A stretch of 64,000 nucleotides of DNA from Camelus ferus (taxonomy: Eukaryota): NCBI RefSeq assembly GCF_009834535.1, contig NC_045697.1:84880001-84944000 (forward strand), read 5' to 3'. The position numbers were made by a program, and so were the translations under genes. Below are positions 52,601 through 64,000 of this stretch, piece by piece (the stretch's first letter is position 1; every line of letters begins with the position of its first letter). The notes under the pieces are model-generated. The model made no database searches. It was not told the DNA's origin and saw only the letters and a list, made by a program, of their open reading frames with translations.

Positions 52601-52649
52601 TATTGTGAGCCAAAGCATTATCAGTGAGATGCAGGGAATCACTAGTCTA

Positions 52650-53110
52650 CTTCTTTTGCATTGTACCAAATCTGTGAACTTCTCACAATTTCTACTCATT
52701 ACATATGTGTAACTCCTTGGTATTGTAGGCTGAATTTTGAAGGATTCATGCTATCAATGTCAAAGTAACAAATCATCATTGCCTTCCCTTCTGACTTACA
52801 TTTGTGCTGTATTCATCTCAGTGTGTTCGGGATTTTCCAAGGTGCTTTGCTATTTTATTTCCAGGTTATAGAGAAAATACCGTGTTTTATCACTAGTTAT
52901 GATTGTCTTTAAAATATGTTCCCTTGACAAATTTATCTTGATCCATTGTCAGAAATGTTAAGTTCTTGCCATTATTATTTATCATTCATGATTTGGGGCA
53001 TAATCCTTATAGAAAATGTCTTCAAGTTTAAATATGCTTTCCAAGTGAGGTTTTTTGAGTCTACATGTGGCACATAAGTTATCATTGTCACACTCTCCAC
53101 TTTTCTGTGT
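52650..53110 (-). mobile_element. Fossil Tc1/mariner transposase fragment (possibly MARNA-like)
   Basis: Hand translation of the minus strand gives HLNLKTFSIRIMPQIM, then ILKTIITSDKTRYFLYNLEIK*QS, then KSEGKAMMICYFDIDSM. These are collinear with the mariner WVPxxL, I(I/V)TGDETW...Y.PE.K.QS and K.M...F(F/W)D..G motifs, with stops and frameshifts. Confidence 0.7.
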
Positions 53111-55517
53111 CCATTGGGTTATTACATGATCAACATAGCCATTCCATAATTTTCTGTGCTTTCCAAAAAGTTTTTGCTCATTATATTACTTCATAACCGG
53201 AAGTCACATTTAATGTGTCAATCCTCTTAACTTCATAATATCACAACAAAATCATATTAATTATTCAGGATAAACTGTGATTATTTATTTTTATACCAAT
53301 GCAAGACTTCAATTATTTCAGTTGCTAGAGAAGAAAAGAGAATGACTAATTCTGAAAGCCTTACTGTTGCCAATGGAAGCATGTTGTAGTATGTCCCTAA
53401 AACAACTTTCAACCATTTTTACAAACACCAGTATTCCACAATTATACTGTCCCACCTTTATATACCTTGTGTATATACATACGCATTTAGGTATTCCACA
53501 GATGAACCACCATTATACAATATGTCAGTACTACGTGTAATGTGATGTACAGTCAAAGAAGCATTATAGATGTTCAATAGCATTAGACCCACGCCAGAAC
53601 AAGCCTCCTAGTCTTAAGCAATTCTTTCTGGGTTCAGGAAATAATGGGAAAAGTGCTTTGAAGCAAGTGTGAAAGGATATCACTGGTTTTTAAAGACTAT
53701 TCTAAGGTCAACTATAACATTTAATTTGGGGTGTCTATCTCTTATAACATCAACTTCATTTTTGTTGAACTCCATTAAACCTGTTTTATTTTTCTTTTTT
53801 CCTCTCTATACACTATTGCTCTGAGTAATGAATCGAGATGCATTCTGAATAAAATAGCTAAGCAACCTTCTGTGAGCAATGAGGGTCATGGTTTTTAGAC
53901 TGACCATTTATCATTTTTGTGGTTAAGAAAATAAGGCAGCAGATATGCAGCTAATTCCTTCAACAGTTACTGAGTACTTGTGGCAAAGCTCCAGTGCTGG
54001 GATTTCCAGTGAACTAAAAAGTAAATAAAATGAATGACCAGTACAATCTTATAGTAAATGCTTAAATTAATGCTAAATTGTCCTTGGGTGTGAACAATTG
54101 GAAATCTTTTAGTTTTCATTAAAAATCTAGGAATTAATCACAAATGGAAGCAGTTGGTTGATTTTTGATGTCAGCCAAATGCAGTTTCTATAAATTAGTT
54201 TGTAGATAAACTGAACTTGATGTTGAGCATAAGTTCCTTTACTCTAAAATCTTCAGAAATCCAGATATTTATCCAAATGCTATCTGGATTTATGTGATAT
54301 AGTATTTTGATATCAAGCACTAAGTCCAGAATTTCAGATCAGCAAGAGAAAATTTCCAACCCAGATCTCCCCCCAATTTTTTAAAACATATGTTCATGAA
54401 ATAAAATAGAAGGGAGTTTAATTTGAATAAAAATTCAAGGTAAAGAAAATTCAAGTTATTTCAAATTAAAGATTTTTTCCTCTTACAGTGATGTCATTTA
54501 AAAGAAAATAATTTATAATAGCAACTGTAACAATTGTGTTCTTTCATTTAACAAAAAGTTTAATTAACATTTTCTCCTATTATTTTAAGGTTCTAGGCCC
54601 AATGAGGAGAAGAATGATGAAATTCATTGCTTTCAGAAAATGCATAATCTATCTGAGTTGATAAAGGGCACCCATAAAATGCAGGATGCTACGGATCTCA
54701 CTAGGGTTTCACCAGAGGGCCTGAATATGAGCTGAGTCTTGACAAGAAAAGTCATACTTAAATAGGCAAGGAGGAGAGAGGAGAGCTTGGCAGGTGGAGA
54801 CGCAGAATGGACACTCGGGGATGCAACATCTACTCAGAGAAGGCTTGACAGACGTACATTTGTCTAGCATACTTCCTAGTCTTCCTGTTTACTTGCCAGT
54901 TGATCTACTCTCCCTCCCACGTGCCCTCTCACCATATCTCTCAACACTGCGCTCCGTGCGCACACTACCAGCCACTTGACATGACAAAAACTAAGAAGCC
55001 GCTTTCTCTCTTAGGCACGCCACAGGAGTTCAGAGTGGCAGAAAAGGCAGTGGTCACTGAAGGGCAGGAGAGTTACAGATAATTCATGGAAAGGTAGGGC
55101 TTAAACGGGACCCAGGATTTAGGTAAACATGTGAGGAAGGGTGAAGAGGACATTTTTGCTGTGATATGAGAAGAAGATTGGCGTTTGGAATGAATCTGGT
55201 GTCTCAAGGGAAACACAGATGCCTCAGTTTTTCTGTAGTTAGAACATTCATTTTGGGGAACACAAGATGGTAAGTTTAGAGAGGTTTATAGTGGTCTATT
55301 GAAAAGAAGTGTTTAAAGTTAGGATATTAATTACTAGTCAGTAGAATTAAAAAGCTTTTTCTTTTGGTCAGGGTATATACCAAGTAATACTTAGGTAAAA
55401 TTATAAAGTTTGACTTTATAATTTATTTAAAGGAGAGATCCTACAAGCAGGACAATAAACAAGAAGGCTGTGGTAATAACCTATACCAGACACAAAGATG
55501 GTCTAAAGACTCTAGAC

Positions 55518-55716
55518 AAGTGATGACCAAGGAAACTTTCCACAATGATGGAAACATTCTACACTCTCTAAGATGTAGCACTAGCCACTTGTGGCTTTTG
55601 GGCTACGAATGTAGCTAGTGTGATTGAGGTACAGTATGTGTAACTTTATGTAAGTTTATATAATTTAAATTTAAATAGCCATAAGTGGTTAGTGACTACC
55701 ATGTTGGACAGTACAT
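55518..55716. mobile_element. MER3 (hAT-Charlie)
   Basis: actttccacaatgatggaaacattct...cactagccacttgtggc...aaatttaaatagcc...tagtgactaccatgttggacag. Confidence 0.8.
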
Positions 55717-55894
55717 GTCTAAATCGTTTAAGACTGGGAGTTGTTAACTTTCTTCCCAAACATATTCCAGGACAAAGACCCCACAGTTTTCAAGTTTTTG
55801 TCATCCTGTTTTTTAAAAGAGGTTCTTAGTTTTTATAAAACAATCTCCTTTATTTTAATCATCTTATTTTTAAACGTAGGATTTTATTGTCTAA

Positions 55895-56085
55895 AACCAC
55901 ACTGGTCAATACAGTAGCTATTCCATACAATGGCTATTTAAACTAAATTAATTAATTATTAGCTATTTTATAATAATTGTAATAATTTTATAATAATAAT
56001 TAATTATTTTGTTACTTACCCAGCCTCATTTCAAGAGACTAATGGTCACACATGGTTAATGGTAACCTTACTGACAATGCAGCTG
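55895..56085. mobile_element. MER33/MER3-family hAT element
   Basis: cactggtcaatacagtagct...tggctatttaaactaaattaatt...catttcaag...cacatggttaatggtaacc. Confidence 0.65.
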
Positions 56086-57760
56086 AACACAAATAACAGG
56101 AGTAGGAATCAAATCTGAATGCCAAAGACCTGAGATCAAATAAAAAATCGTTGGCCAGAACTGAATATTTGGGGAGGTGGAGACAGAAGCTTAAGGAGAA
56201 TCAAGGAAAATGCCAAGAGGTTGAGCCTTGGGTACTAGAGAAATGATGACAGCACTGACCAAGATTTAGAAAAAAGGAAGGATTTCTCATAGTAGGAAAG
56301 AGAAAATGTTCAACTTTAGACATCAAAATAGAGGGGCTCTTCTAGGTGGGATAATTCCAGTCTTTTTCCTTCAGAGTTGTCACACATGCTTTTCAGTTTA
56401 GCTCTATGGAGAATGGTAGGGAAGGTGATATGGTTTGGAGGAATTAAAGATATTTGCAAGTGTAGAAAAATGTGAGGCCAATTTGGGGAGAAGACTAAAC
56501 ATGTCTTTGTTTTCCGCTGCAAGGATGAAAAGTCATCATAGCCATTGGGAAGAAGTGAGAGAACAGAAATAGTACTTAGCGGAGGGAAAGGAAGAGCAAA
56601 CAGTGATGGGTTGGGAGAAGGACAGTTACATTGTTAACAAGTCATTCCACTGGCATTAATAAACAATTTTTCTAATAAACAAATTTTCAGAGCACAAAAG
56701 CTCCATGTTCCCCACGAAACCACATGGCCCTGAGGCCAAGATGTCTGGTATGAGGCTCTCTGAGAAAATTCCTCTTGGGAATTAGAGGATGAAAGAATTC
56801 TGGATTTAAGTGAAACATTTCCTTAATAAATCATATCCTTTTAATTAAGCAATATGTTATTGAATCTGGCAACTAGAGCAATGCTTTGTGTATAGTGGAC
56901 ATTCAGGAATTATATATCAGGGAGAAGGAAGAAAGGAAGGGAGAGAGGGAGGTTGTACAATAAATTAATAATATTTTAGTACATGCATACAGCAAAAATA
57001 TAAAACTTTCTCCAGTATCTGACTATATTAGTGATACAGACACATACAACTATGAATTATATCTTTTCACATTTTAAAACATGAATAAAGAAGTAAATTG
57101 AAGAAAAAATAAAACATATACTTTTCCCTCTTGAAAAACCATTTTATCTGTTACTTGGGGAAGAAACTATACACTATTTTCCCTATTTTCCATGAGTTCC
57201 ATACATCAAAGCATAATGTGCACAATCCATTACATTTAAGATACCAGTAAAAATCCTTAAAATGGCCTTAAAAGGATGATACATGGCGGCAAAGAGCACT
57301 TTCATCCTGACTTTGTAACATTAAAAGGGTATGAAAGAACCCTTCCCATCACTAATGTGAAGCAGGTGCTGCCTAACCAGAGCACATTTACAAACGCCCT
57401 CTGAAAATAGTGGAACGTAGTTAGATGTGGGTTGTTTATTGTAGATGAAATTGGGACGTTTGAGTGTGAGTATTGAAAGGGAGAGATCAGTATAAATGTT
57501 GGCTTCATAAGTTAAAAGTATGAGAACACAATAGGCAGAAAAACTCTGAATTATGAACATTCAGGGAAATAGATGTTGTTCTATTCCACCTGGGTTGTTC
57601 TGTGTCTTTAATTTGCTTTGAGCTTGTTTCTTGAGCCTAGGTATCTAATCAAAGTGTTTCTGTTTGTAACATCTTCTTGTAACATCTTCTTTGTCCACAT
57701 CCAAATAAGGCCCAGTTCTACTGATCTCAAAGCATAATGCAATTAAAAAAATAGTGCTTA

Positions 57761-57790
57761 CACAACATTGTGAATCAGCTATACTGCAAT
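57761..57790 (+). mobile_element. 30-nt extreme 5'-truncated L1 insertion
   Basis: cacaacattgtgaatcagctatactgcaat(aaaa) is the L1 terminus, flanked by aaaaatagtgctta and aaaagtagtgttta. Confidence 0.75.
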
Positions 57791-59459
57791 AAAAGTAGTG
57801 TTTATTCTCCCCCTTTTTTGGTTCTGGTGTACTTCTCTGTGGGATTTTTGTTTCTTAATTCAGAAAACTAGGATCAATAGACCAAATTAAAAGAACATTA
57901 TATCACTGTGGCTCACTTACTATACCAGTTGGACCTGGATGTATTCTTTTGATGCTTTGGTTAAATCATCCAACTTGCTTTGTCCATGTAATGAAATATT
58001 TACATTAATACTGATCAATAAAGTTTCAATAAATTGAAATGATCAAAATACTGAAGATTAGTATGAACAGTCAAGTAACTCCAAGCAAATGGAGTACTTT
58101 TAAATTCAGATTGAACTATATAGTAGGGTTTTATTTACTAGCTTAAGATGAAGTATAAAATATACTTGATTTAAAAAAAAATAAGTTATGACTTAGTTGA
58201 GCAAAGATAAGGAAGGTAAGAGATACAGGAGTGTACATTCAAATGCTTACTGTGCTGGGCACTGCAGAGTTATGTCCAGGGTCACCTCAGTAAGCTGGCT
58301 TACCCTCCTCAGCAAAAACCAGAAGGAAGAATGTGATTTTTTATGTATTACAAATTCAACCAAAACCCAGGATCATAAACATTTGAACTCTTAAGCTCCT
58401 TTTAAAACATAGCAGTGATCGGTTTTTTTCTTGTTTAAAGGAAATCCTTCTGAAAAGCAAAGTTGTTTATGTGAGTGATGGGACTGCAAAACTAGAAACA
58501 CTCAGGCTCATTCACTGTCTACTCTCCATGTCATTTTACACTAATGCTGTGTTCTTCATCTATGTTAATAGTTACTGTCCTTTCAAGAATAAGAGACAGA
58601 GCCCTAAACAGTGGAGAATATATGGAAAGTAACCAGAAAATTTAACCAGAATCTCCGAACAGTGGAAAGAAACCTAGCACACAATTGTGAATCTAGTCTT
58701 TGTCAAAGGGATTGCATGAAAGAGATCAGTAAAGCAGAAAAGAGTTCAGGAAAGTTTAATCCCAAAGGAGTAACATTTATCAAAGTAATTTGCATGGATA
58801 ATTCTGTCACTTCTGCTTCTGTGAACAAAGGATAACAAATGAGTTTGCAACATTTACTACTGAATCTGAAGGAGTTTTTCAGCATCAGGGGAGTGATGTT
58901 ACTACTGCTGTAGTCTTTTTGGTAGGCAAAAGGGCAAACCTGGCATTAATTTAAAAGGTATTCCCAATAGGCATTGATTCTGAAAGGCATGTAGTTTTAT
59001 AAAAAATGAAATGCATGCCAGTTCTGTTAATAAAGAACAAAGAAAATCTGCCTTTTATTTTCTCTTTTACATTTAGCTATATTACTTGGACATCAGAATT
59101 GGGAATTAAAATATATTAACTTAAAGTTTGATAAATAAAAAAACTTACCATTAGAAATATACTGAAATGTTTTAGTAATCATTTTTTAATTTTTCATGTT
59201 GAAAGCTCAGTGGAACCAGAAGAATTGTGAGTCTTAGACCCGAACGTCTGATTGTTGGTGGCTTTGTCGTTTTCCCTGGGTTCTAACATGTGCTTATGAA
59301 TGCTTGCTCTCACATGTCAGCAAGATTAAATAATCTGGCAGTTATTTTGAGGGCTAGAGTTTGCCAATCTTTTTCAGAAAAAAGTGACCAATTTTCAATC
59401 AGTGTTTCATGGGGGTCATTTTGGGGTGTGGAGAAAGAACTGCCATGTACGGAGAGGAA

Positions 59460-59930
59460 TGTTAGGGTCTTAGGAGTCAGGATAGAGATACCAGTGAAAT
59501 AGTGGCTTCAACAATGTAAATCCATTTCTCTCTCTTCCAAACGTTTGGAGTACAGTTCCGGGCAGATGTAATAGCTCCCATAATCGTCCAGGACCTCCTA
59601 CCACCTTGTTCTTCCTGCCTTCCTCAACACCCTCTTTACTTCATGTACAACATGGCTTCTAAAGCACCTGCCATCAGTTCTGCATTCCACCAACACATAC
59701 ATGGAAGGAGCAGTAAAGAGCATGTCTCCTTTCTTTAAGAACAGGATCCAGAAATTGGAAATTTCACCTCTACTTGGAGCCCAATGGTAGAACTTTAGGA
59801 CCTCATTTAGCTGCAAGTAAATTTTTTGAAAAAGAATTTCCAGGATAGGCATGCAGCCACTAAAATTGAGTTCTGTTACTAAAGGAAGAATGAGAAGTGT
59901 GTACTGAGGGACCCGTTTTGCTATCCGCCC
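59460..59930 (-). mobile_element. LTR33 (ERVL) solo LTR
   Basis: atagtggcttcaacaa...ctgcattcca...tagctgcaag...ttctgttactaaaggaagaatgagaag. Confidence 0.7.
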
Positions 59931-60049
59931 TTGTGTCATCTTACTAATCTTCATAAATGGCAGCAATAAAATTTCCATCAGCTCTCTGCAAGTTTTCTGC
60001 AATTTAAAATTAATTAAGACTAAAAGATGTTTGTAAAAAAAATGGAGTT

Positions 60050-60461
60050 TCTATTAGACTGTTCAGGTGCCATAACAAAATACCATAGACTGAGTGGCTC
60101 AAAAACAGAAATTTATTTTCTCACCGTTCTGGAGACTGTAAGTTAGAGATCCAGGTGCCAGCAGGACGTCTGCTGTCTGGTGAGACCTCTCCCTTTGGGT
60201 AGCAGGATCAGCTGCTTTCTCTGTGACCGCACATGACCTTCCCTCAGTGCATGCACCCAGAGATGGAGAGAGAGCAAGCTTTCTGCTGTCTGTTCTTCAA
60301 AGGACACTAATTCTATCAAATCAGGGCTCCCACCCTTATGACTTCGTTTAACCTTAATTATTTCCATAAAGGCCCTATCTCCAAATATAGTCACCTTGAG
60401 GGTTAGTGGGTTAAGGCTTCAACATAGATTTGGGGGAAGCATAGGTATTCAGTCCATAACA
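60050..60461 (-). mobile_element. MLT1A-type MaLR solo LTR with perfect 5-bp TSD
   Basis: gccataacaaaataccatagactgagtggc...cagggctcccacccttatgac...attcagtccataaca; GAGTT flanks it at 60045-60049 and 60462-60466. Confidence 0.92.
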
Positions 60462-61199
60462 GAGTTTATAAAAAAAGTCGTAATGTTTTTTCTAAACTAG
60501 TTACAATTGGCTTGGCCATTTTATTGCTTCCTTGATGAAATGAAGGAGTTGAACTAAACAATATCTAAGGTTGCTTTACAACATGTGACCTGTGTCTGTG
60601 ATTCCATGAAGAATCCATACTTTATAATATTGATCATTTTGTTCTTATATTTTAATCATCTCGTGTGTATTTTAATACCAGAAATTCTTTCAAATTGTTA
60701 ATGATTGATATTCATATTACATGTTACAAAAAATAAATATTTGAAAGCAGTCTATTGAGATGAGGATATACTGTCAAAACACCACTAGTTCTGAGTACTA
60801 CCATTGCTTGCAGGGTGGGAGAAAGGAAATATGTAAGGGAAGTTTTTTATGACTTCTACTTATTTGAGAAACTTACTGTCTGGGACAGGGAAGAAGAGCA
60901 AACAAAAAAAATGAAATTTTGCTAGGATCAGAGAGCACTGTCAAGTTTTCATTTAGCTCGTCCACTTGTGATCATGACTAACTAAATACAACTTACAGGA
61001 GGGACAGCTTTTTTAGTTATGATGGAATAAATTCCTTGGTAAACCTACAGCCTTGGCATGTGTTATAGCATAAAAAATAGATGTAAACTGTTTCGGAAGT
61101 GAACTTCCCTTTGGTAGGATTATGGGGAGGAAAGAATTCAATATCACTAAATTAACCTGTTGAGGTAACTAAGGAAAAATGGATTGCTCTTTGGTGGAT

Positions 61200-61400
61200 A
61201 ACAGTAGACAGTGGAAAGCCCTGAGGTCTGGGATGGCAGACTTTAATTTGAAGACTTCCTCCAACACTTACTTAGGTCTCAGGTCTTGAGCAAGTGCCTT
61301 AATCTGAATTTCAGTGAATTCTTAGCAACAACTGGGATAATCATGACCTCTGCATTTCTGTGAGGATTAACATGGTAAAAAGTAAAATCCTAACACGGTG
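61200..61400 (+). mobile_element. MIR fragment
   Basis: cagtggaaagccc...cacttactt...tcttgagcaagtgccttaatctg...ctgggataatca...tgtgaggattaa. Confidence 0.7.
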
Positions 61401-62609
61401 ATTCTGAGCCACAGGCACTGCCTCTCCTTTTAGTTTGCTTGTTTTTACCCCCTCACTGAAAAATAAACTACTGTGTTTTTTTTTTTCAACATTGTAGTAG
61501 GAAAAATTAATAAGTGAATGACTTAAGAGTAAGACTGTATTAACATTCTAGGCTGTGGTTGGTATTTGAAAGCATTTCAATAATGCAGAATTTTTAAGGA
61601 ACCAAAAAGGAGTTGAAGGGTGGCAGATGAAATGTGAGGTGGCATTAGCAGCAAAGATGGCCAAAGGACATCTGGGCTGTGACTGTTTCTGCTTCCACTG
61701 GTCTGGGTGACTGACCAGCACTGTTCAGCACTTCTGCGTTTGCTTTCGGAGGTCAGTGCTCTTCACAACTCTAATTAATCCTCACTGCACTTAGGACAAA
61801 TGCCACCTCTTTAAAAGCCCAGTTATTCATTTAGTATATCCAAAGGCCTAATGTAAACGCGACCAGTAACATTTTAGAGTAGAAATACCAATCATTTTAT
61901 ATAGACTACTTACAAAACTTTTTTATTTGAATGTCACAATGCAGAAGCAACATTTTAAAATAATTTACTCTTTAGCAAATGAGATTGCATCATTTCTGTC
62001 TTACCTGTTACAAAGATATTGAGGCTTTTAAAGAGGTAGTTACATTACAGATGTATTAAACCTGAAATTTTTGTCCTAAATGTATTGAAATAAATTGCAA
62101 TATTAATATCTACAACAGTGGAAAATGGAAAAACAGAAGTAGAGGAACAGCATAAAGAATTCCCTGAGTTTTAAAGTATTTTTTTGACAATTTATAAATA
62201 TCAATCATGAAATTAAGTATTTTTTACATTATTTAAATAAATAAAATAAACATCATAAGGCTGACAAATGCATCCTATTGCTCCAACTGGTAATTAACCA
62301 TTACCAGTTTTATTTGTTGAGTGAAATCTGGAAATAGAAGTAAATGAAAGAAGATTGTGGGCTGCAGATGGTAACTTAGCACCTAAGCTAGACAGTTCTC
62401 TTACCTTCCACTAAAGAATCCCGAAGAAGGAAAACTGGGGCATATGAAGAGAAGAATAGTTAAGAAAGATGTGATATATGAGGAGAATAGGATAGAAGAT
62501 ATATGAAGATAAACTTTTTTTCAAAATAAATCAACAGTGATTAAGTTTCTACCCTCCAGCAGCTCATCATGTGGTATAGGAAAGGGTAAACACGTAACTG
62601 AAAAATTAC

Positions 62610-62795
62610 CAAGAAGATAACACATGAAAAGAATACCCATTATCATTACACATCAAGGAATTGCAAATTAAAAGCTCAATAAAATACCACTCCACACCTT
62701 CTAGAAAGGCTAAATATTTTGAAACTGACAACATCAAATGTTAACAAGAATGTGCAACAATTAGGACTCTCATGCATAATCGGTGGGAGTATAAA
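62610..62795 (+). mobile_element. Old L1 ORF2 C-terminal fragment
   Basis: cacatgaaaaga...catcaaggaattgcaaattaaaa...ataccactccacacc...actgacaacatcaaatgtt...ggtgggagtataaa. Confidence 0.75.
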
Positions 62796-64000
62796 GGCAT
62801 TACCTGGGTATTCTAGACATACCTTTAAGATGGCATTCGGAGCTGAGAGAATGGATTTTATTTATTTATTGCTTACTTAAAGTAGGACATGATACTACAT
62901 GTTTGATCCTCCCTGGCCTAAAGCACTGGTTTTCTATTTCCCCTAATTTTATTGATGGAATAAAATCCTTAGTTAAGAAGACTTGATCTTATTCAAGTAT
63001 ATGTTATGTAATTTGGATAATGACATTTAAACGTCTCTGATATATCTGGAAACTGTTGAACTTTTCCATGAATCCAATAAATGAACAATCTTTTACTAAA
63101 CACCTTTTTGAAGTAGAGTAAGTTTCATAACATCTCTGGTTAAGATGAAAGAAATTTGTTAACCATGTTCCCAGTAATCACTCTGAATATCCTCAGTTCC
63201 CAGTATTCATCCTGGGGACTCCAAGGTTTGGGTATCTGCACACGGAGGCAGAAGAAGGTGCTGGGTGGAGGTGCATTAAATGCACAAAAATGTTTTCCAC
63301 ACGAACTTATTGGGGTCTGATTCTAATTGGACTGTAATTTGCATGGTTAAATTCTCATCAAATCTGGTTATACTTTTTTTTTTTTTTTTGCAGCTAATAG
63401 CATCTGTTACCACTTAGTTTCATATAATGATTTGCTTGACTGAAAAGTGAATCTTTTTGTTAATTTACTCTAAATTGAGAGGCTGGATTTGCAATCTCCA
63501 CTCCAGCCCTGTTAGAGCCAATCAGAGGAGCTCAATGTGTATATGTAGTATGCATTTTCCTGCCTAATTATTAAAATTATTCTTATATTTCCTTGGAAAC
63601 CATAGGCAGTTACCTAAAGAAGACCACTTTAAAATTCTTTAGGCAGAATTTCAGATTTCAAAAGGTCAAGAACTTGATGATTGGCCACAGCCAAAATCTT
63701 ATCTTTGCTTCTTGTTAGTAATTTTCTGGCCATCCCAAAGAGCATGACAGTTATGCCAAGCCATTGGAAACATGGTTTTGATTAATCTCATCCCATTTTA
63801 AATGTTTTCTGTCATTGTGCTCTTATTATGTTAATCTAAAAAAAAACTATTACTATAACAGTTCATGCATTCAAGAAATGACCGTATTAAGCTGTTCAAA
63901 GTTCAGTATTGTATTGCAGTATAGTTGAATTCCCTAAAATTAGCAGAAGATGAAATCACTATTGAGTTCATTATTTCTTCAAGGTTCTTCAATTTGGGAG

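Larger units (their letters stand above)
54990..56560 (-). mobile_element. Degraded L2, interrupted by two hAT elements
   Basis: caggagttcagag...aattcatggaaagg...agagatcctacaagcagg...aaggagaatcaagg...ggttgagccttgg. Approximate extent. Confidence 0.5.

Noticed and set aside
57664..57690. Short tandem duplications (ttgtaacatcttc x2; also ~8290, ~43823, ~50037)
   Set aside because: Ordinary slippage duplications.
59598..60394. 134-aa and 83-aa minus-strand ORFs
   Set aside because: They lie largely within LTR33 and MLT1A solo LTRs, which are non-coding.
1..64000. CRISPR array, operon or other novel multi-gene system
   Set aside because: No regularly spaced repeats or dense coding sequence; the DNA is typical eutherian repeat-laden non-coding sequence.

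Overview
AT-rich mammalian (eutherian) non-coding DNA, most likely from a camelid, judged from a tRNA-Ala-derived SINE of the camelid type at 25.3 kb. No ORF in the track looks like a real protein, and I can support no CDS, structural RNA gene or prokaryote-type system. Much of the window is old interspersed repeat: L2, MIR, L1M fragments, MaLR/ERV LTRs (MLT1, MER21, MER31, LTR33-like) and DNA transposons (a Tigger1 derivative, MER5A, MER58A, MER3/MER33). The best gene-like signal is a CpG-enriched, probably non-coding first exon on the minus strand (~7040 to 6679). It has a good AAG|GTACGT donor and an upstream palindromic E-box plus a TATA-like box; I cannot identify the gene. Other points of interest are a fossil mariner transposase (~52.7-53.1 kb), two local inverted duplications about 1 kb apart (40.7 and 41.7 kb), a 607-nt polypyrimidine tract, an internally deleted L1 and a 30-nt L1 tail insertion with target-site duplication (TSD). 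I found no convincing novel biological system. Repeat family names come from recalled consensus sequences and most repeat boundaries are approximate; RepeatMasker/Dfam should confirm them.
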